This document shows positions 16,850-23,605 of a stretch of 62,803 nt of DNA, piece by piece (the stretch's first letter is position 1; each line of letters starts with the position of its first letter). The notes under the pieces are model-generated. The model searched no databases and had not been told where the DNA came from. It was given only the letters and a program-made list of their open reading frames with translations. Both the position numbers and the translations under genes were made by a program. Source of the stretch: an uncultured Gammaproteobacteria bacterium (GTDB lineage: Bacteria; Patescibacteriota; Patescibacteriia; UBA1558; S5-K13); NCBI GenBank assembly GCA_964486685.1, contig CAZAOE010000004.1, positions 1-62,803 of the forward strand, written 5' to 3'.

Positions 16850-17212
16850 ATGATGTATACAAAACATCAAAGTTATAAAATTGGATTTGAATTATCTAAT
16901 TTTATGTGGAAAATTGTTAAAAAATGAGATAAATTTTCCAAAGATACAATTGGAAAACAATTAGTCCAATCAGTTGATTCTATTTCCAGCAATATAGCAG
17001 GGGGTTGGAATAGATATTATAAAAAAGATAAGATTTTGTTTTTTAATTATGCCAAAAGTTCCTTTTATGAGACTATTGATTGGATAAATAAATCTATAAA
17101 TAGAGATCTAGTCTCAGAATCAGAAGCAGAAATTATTAATAAATTAGTGAAAGAATTTCCGAGAGAAATTAATGGATTAATTAAGGGCATAAATCAGAAT
17201 TTAAAGAAGTAG
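16850..17212 (+). pseudogene. four-helix-bundle protein (23S rRNA intervening-sequence protein family) with an in-frame TGA at codon 26
   Basis: My translation: MMYTKHQSYKIGFELSNFMWKIVKK*DKFSKDTIGKQLVQSVDSISSNIAGGWNRYYKKDKILFFNYAKSSFYETIDWINKS... The S-I-S/P-S-N-I-A-E/G-G core is the family hallmark. TGA lies at 16925-16927. Confidence 0.7.
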
Positions 17213-17220
17213 AATCAATT

Positions 17221-17336
17221 AATCTACTTGTCCTCCGACCTGTCCCCCGAAGCGGATGCGCAGGGGGAAGCTCGACTTGTCCTCCGAAGCTTGAAGAGCG
17301 GAGGGGGAAGAGCGGAGGGGGAAGAGCGGAGGTAGA
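17221..17336. repeat. GC-rich word-array hairpin (TTGTCCTCCGA x2 ... GAAGAGCGGAGG x3)
   Basis: Read directly. The ends ATCTAC and GTAGAT are complementary. Shares GTCCTCCGAAGCTT with 62451-62464. Confidence 0.8.
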
Positions 17337-17410
17337 TTAACCAATTATCCAATTAACAATTAATTTTTCAATTAATCTATTAATCAATTATCCAATTAAC
17401 AATTAATATT

Positions 17411-17495
17411 GGGTCGGTACCGAAGCGGTCAAACGGGGCAGACTGTAAATCTGCTGGCTATGCCTTCGGCGGTTCGAATCCGTCCCGGCCCACCA
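17411..17495 (+). tRNA. tRNA-Tyr (anticodon GUA), long variable arm, CCA encoded
   Basis: Acceptor GGGTCGG/CCGGCCC. Anticodon stem-loop GCAGA-CTGTAAA-TCTGC. Variable arm TGGCTATGCCTTC. T arm GGCGG-TTCGAAT-CCGTC. Confidence 0.9.
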
Positions 17496-17704
17496 TCCTT
17501 CGCTCTGCAAAGCAGAGCTACGGATGGCATCGCCATCCGTAATTTCCAACAGGAAATAGAAGGATAGTCCATCGAAGCCTTGGCGAAGATGGACATAAAT
17601 ATTATTATAAACCGGCCAATTTAACTCAGTTGGTACCCGCCCGCCATGGCTTCGCCAAAGACGAATCGGGCGGAGAGCAACAGTTTTGCCTGCCCGACTT
17701 GCCG

Positions 17705-17780
17705 GCCATCCTAGCTCAGTTGGTAGAGCAACAGTTTTGTAAACTGTAGGTCGTCGGTTCGAATCCGACGGATGGCTCCA
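17705..17780 (+). tRNA. tRNA-Thr (anticodon UGU), CCA encoded
   Basis: Acceptor GCCATCC/GGATGGC. Anticodon stem-loop ACAGT-TTTGTAA-ACTGT. T arm GTCGG-TTCGAAT-CCGAC. Confidence 0.9.
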
Positions 17781-17926
17781 TCCTTCGCTACTTCCTTCAC
17801 TACTTCCTTCGCTAAAGCTCCGGAAGTCAAGAAAGCTCCGGAAGTCAAGAAAACTACGGATGGCACGCCATAAATAACTTAACCAATTATACAATTAACC
17901 TATTAATCAATTAAGCAATTAACAAT

Positions 17927-18082
17927 ATGTCTCAAGATAATTTAGTCAAATTAGAATGTTCTGAGTGCCACAGAATTACTTATCGAACATTTAAAAATAA
18001 AAAAACTCTAAAGAACAAATTAGAGCTTAAAAAATTCTGTAAATGGTGCAAAAAGCATACCTTACATAAAGAAACTAAATAG
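17927..18082 (+). CDS. rpmG: 50S ribosomal protein L33
   Basis: 51 aa, not in the ORF track because it is short: [51 protein letters not shown], with the CxxC...CxxC zinc ribbon of L33. Confidence 0.9.
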   Translation: MSQDNLVKLECSECHRITYRTFKNKKTLKNKLELKKFCKWCKKHTLHKETK

Positions 18083-18239
18083 TTTTTATTTCAATTACTA
18101 ATTAATAAATTCTTCACTCTATTTAGTTGAGGAATTTGTTTTTTAAACTTAATATTATTACAATAAAGTATATTTTACATTTTTGATGGGGGAGTATTTC
18201 AGTGGTAGAATGCGGGTCTCCAATCCCTCACCTTTTACT

Positions 18240-18313
18240 GGGAGCTTAGTTAAGTGGCATAACATCGGTCTCCAAAACCGAGGTCGGGGGTTCGATTCCC
18301 TCAGCTCCTGCCA
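18240..18313 (+). tRNA. tRNA-Trp (anticodon CCA), CCA encoded
   Basis: Acceptor GGGAGCT/AGCTCCT (G1-U72 wobble). Anticodon stem-loop TCGGT-CTCCAAA-ACCGA. T arm GGGGG-TTCGATT-CCCTC. Confidence 0.85.
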
Positions 18314-18396
18314 AAAAAATATCTCGATTTATCGAGTTTGACTCGACTTTGAGGTATTTTTTTGTTATATTTAACTTATAATTAATCATTATTATA

Positions 18397-19539
18397 ATGA
18401 AAAATAAAACCATTCTAGTCTTTACCGGTGGGGGACTAGCTCCCGCATTAAATTCAACTCTTTATGGAGTTATAAGCTCTGCCAAAAAAAATAATATCAA
18501 AGTACTTGGCGGTATGTTTGGTTGGACTAGTTTATTAAATAAAGGTAAAATTATTAATTTATCAAATATAGATATAAGTGCTATCAAAAATATCGGTGGC
18601 ACTTTTTTAAGATCTAGCCGCTCCAACCCCTTAACATACAAAGATGGGCTGAAACAAGTTCAAAAACAAATCAAAAAGTATAACATTGATTATATTATAG
18701 CTATTGGTGGTAACGATACTATGGGAGCTGCTTTTAAATTGTTTCAAGAAGGAATTCCAATCATTGGCGTGCCCAAAACCATAGATAATGATCTTTCCCA
18801 GACATACTGGTCACCAGGATTTCCTAGTGCCGCCCATTATTTAGCTAATTTTGCCATGGAAATAAAAAAAGATGCCGCTTATGCTCTTTCTAGAATTTAT
18901 ATTATTGAAAGCTTAGGTCAAAAAGCTGGTTGGCTAACAGCTGCTGCTACTTATGGACATGCTGATGTCATTATTCTCCCAGAAAAAGAAATTGATCTAG
19001 ATAATTTATTAAAAATTATTAAAAAAAGATACAAAGAAAATGGTAATTATGCCACTGTGGTTATTGCTCAAGAAGTTAACTTTAAACAAAAACTCAAAAG
19101 ATTAGATAACGCTCAATTTGATCAATATGATACTAAAAGAAGCTCTTATATTTGTCTTTCCTTAAGAGAAAAAATTAAAGAAACTATCAAAGATGTAACT
19201 ATTAAAGCTCTTTACCCAGGAAATTATTTACAAAGTGGCAATCCCGTTGATATTGATAAAAAAACTGCAATTAAACTAGGACAAAAAGCAATGGAATTGG
19301 TTAAAAAAGGAAGGTCCGGAAAAATGACTTGTTTAATCAGAAAAAATAATCAAATCAAAATATCTGAAACTGAATTGAGAAAAGTCATTCAATATCGATC
19401 AATGCCTGATGATTATTTTGACTGGGAAAACTTCCGAGTGACTAAAAAATACCTAAACTACATGGAACCTATTCTGGGTAAATATAAAAGAATTAGTCAT
19501 GACCCTTACTATAAAATAATTAGAAAAGTGAATAAATAA
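18397..19539 (+). CDS. 6-phosphofructokinase (ATP- or PPi-dependent not resolved)
   Basis: 380 aa with TGGGLAPALN, IGGNDTMGAA (a variant of GGDGS/GGDDT) and PKTIDNDL motifs. Confidence 0.8.
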   Translation: MKNKTILVFTGGGLAPALNSTLYGVISSAKKNNIKVLGGMFGWTSLLNKGKIINLSNIDISAIKNIGGTFLRSSRSNPLTYKDGLKQVQKQIKKYNIDYIIAIGGNDTMGAAFKLFQEGIPIIGVPKTIDNDLSQTYWSPGFPSAAHYLANFAMEIKKDAAYALSRIYIIESLGQKAGWLTAAATYGHADVIILPEKEIDLDNLLKIIKKRYKENGNYATVVIAQEVNFKQKLKRLDNAQFDQYDTKRSSYICLSLREKIKETIKDVTIKALYPGNYLQSGNPVDIDKKTAIKLGQKAMELVKKGRSGKMTCLIRKNNQIKISETELRKVIQYRSMPDDYFDWENFRVTKKYLNYMEPILGKYKRISHDPYYKIIRKVNK

Positions 19540-19542
19540 AAA

Positions 19543-19564
19543 AGGCAGGATTTTATTCCTGCCT
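19543..19564. terminator. hairpin between convergent genes (AGGCAGGA-TTTTAT-TCCTGCCT)
   Basis: 8-bp GC-rich stem flanked by an A-run and T-rich sequence. It overlaps the stop of the minus-strand ORF. Confidence 0.6.
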
Positions 19565-20701
19565 CTTAAAAGTTTGTATTATCTCCATCAATTGATTAGG
19601 AGATAATTTTTTTTGAGGATCAAGAGAAAGATTACCACCATAAGAAGCGAGATTGCGCATCGCAACTTCGGAACCAATTCTTCCAGATAATCTTAAAGTT
19701 TCACTATCAAGACGATGTTTGGCCTGACAATAAATCCTTAAAAAACCAGCTAAAAAAGCGTCTCCGGCACCAACGGTACTTCTAACACCATAAATCGGTT
19801 TTAAAGCACTTTGATTAACAATATCTGTTCCACCGTCTTTTTCAACAATCAGAGCTGAACCATACTTGCCTTTGGTAACTATGGTAACTGGATTATTAAC
19901 TAAATTTACCAACTCTTCTACTACATCAAATTCCCTAAATAAAGACAATTCTGAATTAACAAATTCTTTTGCTTCACGGTAATTAACTTGAAAAACACTA
20001 GTTAATTTTAAAATTTCTCTAAAACTTCTTTGAATTTGTGGATCAGGATTCATAATCAATCTCAAAGAAGGAATTATTGCCTTAACTGCTTTAGGATTTT
20101 TCGAAAATAATTCCAAAATTAAATCTAAAAATTCCTGATTATCGGGAATGCTGGTTGCAACAATTACATCCCAATTTTGAGAAATAATTCGCTCACGATT
20201 TATAGTACAATCAATGGCTGACGGTTTTTCCATATAGAGGGTGGGGTCTGGATTATTTTCAGTTTCCATAGCAAAAGTAACTCCGGTATTAGAAGCCCAT
20301 AGGGGTATAAATCCAATTCCTGCAGCCTTACAATAATCGGATAATTCTTTAGTTGGAGGTTCGTTGTCAACAAAAACTGATAGGGTGATATCTCTCATTC
20401 CCAGAAAAGATAGATGGTCGGCAACATTAAAAGAGCTTCCAGCAAAACTATGAAATAAAATTTTTTTAGCAAAAACTGAAAATTCTTGTTCGCCCTTTTT
20501 CCAAACAATATAATATTTATATGGATCTTCGGGCCAACCAATCCTATTAGAATTCTGTGAACTCTCGCGAAGTGAAAAAACTTTCACCTTATCACCAGAA
20601 ACAATTTGCTCTTGTCCGAGAGATAGAATCATGCAAATTTCTTTATTAGCGCTAGCCAAAACCAATGTTTTCCGATTACAATATTCAGATATTCCTTTCA
20701 C
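19553..20701 (-). CDS. PfkB-family sugar/nucleoside kinase, specificity unknown
   Basis: 382 aa with the C-terminal STVGAGDAFLAGF motif. GTG start preceded by AGGAGG (5-nt spacer). Confidence 0.7.
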   Translation of the reverse strand: MKGISEYCNRKTLVLASANKEICMILSLGQEQIVSGDKVKVFSLRESSQNSNRIGWPEDPYKYYIVWKKGEQEFSVFAKKILFHSFAGSSFNVADHLSFLGMRDITLSVFVDNEPPTKELSDYCKAAGIGFIPLWASNTGVTFAMETENNPDPTLYMEKPSAIDCTINRERIISQNWDVIVATSIPDNQEFLDLILELFSKNPKAVKAIIPSLRLIMNPDPQIQRSFREILKLTSVFQVNYREAKEFVNSELSLFREFDVVEELVNLVNNPVTIVTKGKYGSALIVEKDGGTDIVNQSALKPIYGVRSTVGAGDAFLAGFLRIYCQAKHRLDSETLRLSGRIGSEVAMRNLASYGGNLSLDPQKKLSPNQLMEIIQTFKRQE

Positions 20702-20919
20702 GGTATCCTCCTGTATTTTTTCTTTTTTCTTTTATACTTAAACTTACCATACCCATTTTAACTTGTAAATAGAAAATATCCACTCCCATTATTTGCTTTA
20801 TTAGAGCTATAATATTATACTTAAGGGGTTAATAATTTAAAAATTATGAATCCCGTTAGATAATCAAAGAGTTTAATCTAATAGGGAGTAGAAATTAAAA
20901 TTATAAACATTATTATAAA

Positions 20920-21009
20920 CCCCCACACCTAATTTAGGTATAAGGAGTAATTAATCAAAAATCTCATATTTATTAAAATTAGGTGAGGGGTAAATAATTA
21001 TCTAACGGG
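20920..21009 (+). repeat. CCCCACACCTAATTT...AAATTAGGTGAGGGG hairpin plus AATTATCTAACGGG junction (element E, copy 1)
   Basis: The reverse complement aligns with 60540-60629. Both copies lie in the 5' leader of, and in the same orientation as, the downstream gene. Confidence 0.85.
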
Positions 21010-21948
21010 ATGAATAAAAAAGTACTAATTACCGGTAGTATTGCCTATGACCGAATTATGAATTTTCCCGGATATTTTAAGGACAATATTTTACCAGAGC
21101 AAATTCATAATCTTAATGTTTCTTTTTTTGTAAATGAATTTCGAGAGTCCTATGGTGGCACAGCTGGCAATATTGCTTATAATTTAAACTTAATAAATGC
21201 TAACTTTACAACTTGGGCCAATGTCGGAGATGATTTTGAAAACTATAAACAATGGCTCTTAAAAAATGATATTGATATTTCTAAAATCAAAATTTTTAAA
21301 GAGCAAAAAACTGCTTCGGCTTATATTATTACCGATCAAGCTGATAATCAAATTGCTGGATTTTTTCCTGGTGCTATGATGGAATCCATTAGCTTAAAAC
21401 CAATCTCTTTAAAAAATATTGATTTGGCTATTATTGCCCCCCAAAATCCAATAGATATGGTTGAGCTACCTTTATTATTTAAAGAAAATGAAATACCTTA
21501 TATATTTGACCCCGGACAACAAGTCACAACCCTATCTGGGGAACAATTAAAACAATCCATCAGCAAAAGTAATGTCCTCATAGGTAATGATTATGAGATT
21601 AAATTAATTCAAGAAAAAACTAAATGGACTTTAAAGGATTTGCAAAAACAAACCGAAATACTAATAATCACCTTAGGAGAAAGGGGTTCTAAAATTTATA
21701 AAAAAAATAAAGAATATAATATAAATCCTGCTGAAGCAAAAAATACAGCAGATCCCACTGGAGCTGGAGATGCTTATCGAGCTGGATTAATTATGGGATT
21801 AATAAAAAATTGGTCTTTTCAAAAAATTGGTCAATTTGCAGGATTAATGGCTGTTTATACTGTAGAAAAATATGGCACCCAAACCCATAGTTTTAATTGG
21901 AAAGAGTTGGAAAAAAGATATCGACAAAATTTTCATGAAAAGCTATAA
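21010..21948 (+). CDS. adoK: adenosine kinase (PfkB family, mycobacterial AdoK-like)
   Basis: 312 aa. ITGSIAYDRIMNFPGYFKDNILPEQIHNLNVSFFV...GGTAGNIAYNL...FFPGAM...DPTGAGDAYRAG parallels Mycobacterium AdoK as I recall it. Next to ahcY. Confidence 0.75.
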   Translation: MNKKVLITGSIAYDRIMNFPGYFKDNILPEQIHNLNVSFFVNEFRESYGGTAGNIAYNLNLINANFTTWANVGDDFENYKQWLLKNDIDISKIKIFKEQKTASAYIITDQADNQIAGFFPGAMMESISLKPISLKNIDLAIIAPQNPIDMVELPLLFKENEIPYIFDPGQQVTTLSGEQLKQSISKSNVLIGNDYEIKLIQEKTKWTLKDLQKQTEILIITLGERGSKIYKKNKEYNINPAEAKNTADPTGAGDAYRAGLIMGLIKNWSFQKIGQFAGLMAVYTVEKYGTQTHSFNWKELEKRYRQNFHEKL

Positions 21949-22159
21949 TTATCACATCAATTTACAATAACCAATTTACAATTTACATTTAATAACCAAT
22001 ATAACAATAATCAAATTATTAATGCCTTACCAAATCTTTCCTTTGTAAAAAAATATATTGATAATTGAATTATTGAAAATTAAATGAAAATTTATAAATG
22101 AAAATTGATAATTTACTAAACTAGGATTTAAAAAATAAACATTAAACCTCAACAAAATT

Positions 22160-23422
22160 ATGTTAAAATATGATATCACTGACATTAAACTCGCTCCCCA
22201 GGGCAAAAAAAGAATTCAATGGGCTGATAAGGATATGCCCGTGCTTTCTGAAATAAAAAAACGATTTGCAAAAACAAAGCCACTGAAGAATGTAAAAATA
22301 TCAGCTTGCTTGCATGTAACTTGTGAAACAGCTAATTTAATGCGCACTTTAAAAGCCGGTGGAGCTGATGTATTTTTATGTGCTTCTAATCCCTTATCCA
22401 CTCAAGATGATGTAGCTGCTTCTTTAGTAAAAGATTATGGTATTAAAATTCATGCTCAACGGACTGAAAATACCAAAACTTATTATAAACATTTAGAATC
22501 AGCTATTCAACACGGTCCCCAAATTACTATGGATGATGGAGCGGACTTATTATCGCTTTTACATTCTAAATATAAAAAACAAACTTTTAAAGTAAGGGGT
22601 TCAATGGAAGAAACCACTACTGGCGTGATTAGATTAAGGGCCTTAGAAAAACAAGGAAAACTCATGGTACCGATTATTGCTGTAAATGATGCCCGAACAA
22701 AAAATTTGTTCGACAATAGGTATGGTACTGGTCAATCAACTTTGGACGGAATTATCCGGGCCACTGATATATTGTTAGCTGGAAAAAATATAGTTGTAGC
22801 TGGTTATGGTTGGTGTGGCCGCGGCTTTGCGATGCGCGCCCGCGGAATGGGAGCCAATGTTATTATTACCGAAATTGACGCTATTAAGGCCCTAGAAGCC
22901 GCAATGGATGGCTTCCGCGTTATGACAATGTTAGAAGCAGCTCCTATTGGAGATTTATTTTGTACCTTAACTGGCGATATTAATGTTTTAGATGTTAAAC
23001 ATTTTAGAAAAATGAAAAGCGGGGCGATAATTTGTAATTCTGGACACTTTGATGTAGAAATAAATATTCCTGGTTTAAAAAAAATATCCTCAAAAATTAA
23101 AAAAGAAGTACGTAATCTTACTGATGAATATACTTTAAAAAATGGCCACAAAATATATTTACTAGCCAATGGTCGTTTAATTAATTTAGCAGCTGCCGAA
23201 GGACATCCGGCTTCGGTAATGGATATGAGTTTTTCTACTCAGGCCTTAACCGCAGAATATATAAATAAAAATTATAAAAAATTCCAAAATAAGGTCTATG
23301 ATGTTCCAATAAAGATAGAGGAGTGGATTGCTCAAGCCAAACTTAAATCCATGAATATTAATATTGATAAACTAACCGCTGAACAAAAAAAATATCTGGC
23401 TTCTTGGGAAATCGGCACCTAG
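22160..23422 (+). CDS. ahcY: adenosylhomocysteinase
   Basis: 420 aa with SCNIFSTQD-like [11 protein letters not shown], the NAD-binding motif [10 protein letters not shown] and [16 protein letters not shown]. Confidence 0.95.
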   Translation: MLKYDITDIKLAPQGKKRIQWADKDMPVLSEIKKRFAKTKPLKNVKISACLHVTCETANLMRTLKAGGADVFLCASNPLSTQDDVAASLVKDYGIKIHAQRTENTKTYYKHLESAIQHGPQITMDDGADLLSLLHSKYKKQTFKVRGSMEETTTGVIRLRALEKQGKLMVPIIAVNDARTKNLFDNRYGTGQSTLDGIIRATDILLAGKNIVVAGYGWCGRGFAMRARGMGANVIITEIDAIKALEAAMDGFRVMTMLEAAPIGDLFCTLTGDINVLDVKHFRKMKSGAIICNSGHFDVEINIPGLKKISSKIKKEVRNLTDEYTLKNGHKIYLLANGRLINLAAAEGHPASVMDMSFSTQALTAEYINKNYKKFQNKVYDVPIKIEEWIAQAKLKSMNINIDKLTAEQKKYLASWEIGT

Positions 23423-23605
23423 CTAATTGGATAATAGTATAATTGAATAATAGATTAATAAATCATAACAATTATCCTATTAACCAATTAATCTATTAAC
23501 CTATTAACTGGCTCTTTATGGGCTTGTTTTTTTTCTCATAAATGTTAAAAATATGTTAAGATATATATAAGGAAAAAAATTGAAGAATATTTTTAAAATA
23601 AGAAT

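Noticed and set aside
16925-16927. In-frame TGA as evidence for an alternative genetic code (TGA read as Gly or Trp, as in some CPR lineages)
   Set aside because: TGA closes otherwise well-delimited genes (the FtsQ-like gene at 32511-32513 and the GT-C gene at 49031-49033). All other recognised genes are full length under the standard code.
17403-17894. 163-aa minus-strand ORF from the track
   Set aside because: It runs antisense across two tRNA genes and GC-rich repeat arrays. Its repetitive peptide (FLDFRS, SSEGSSEG) is translated repeat sequence. ORF 16570..16755, antisense to tRNA-Thr, is rejected for the same reason.
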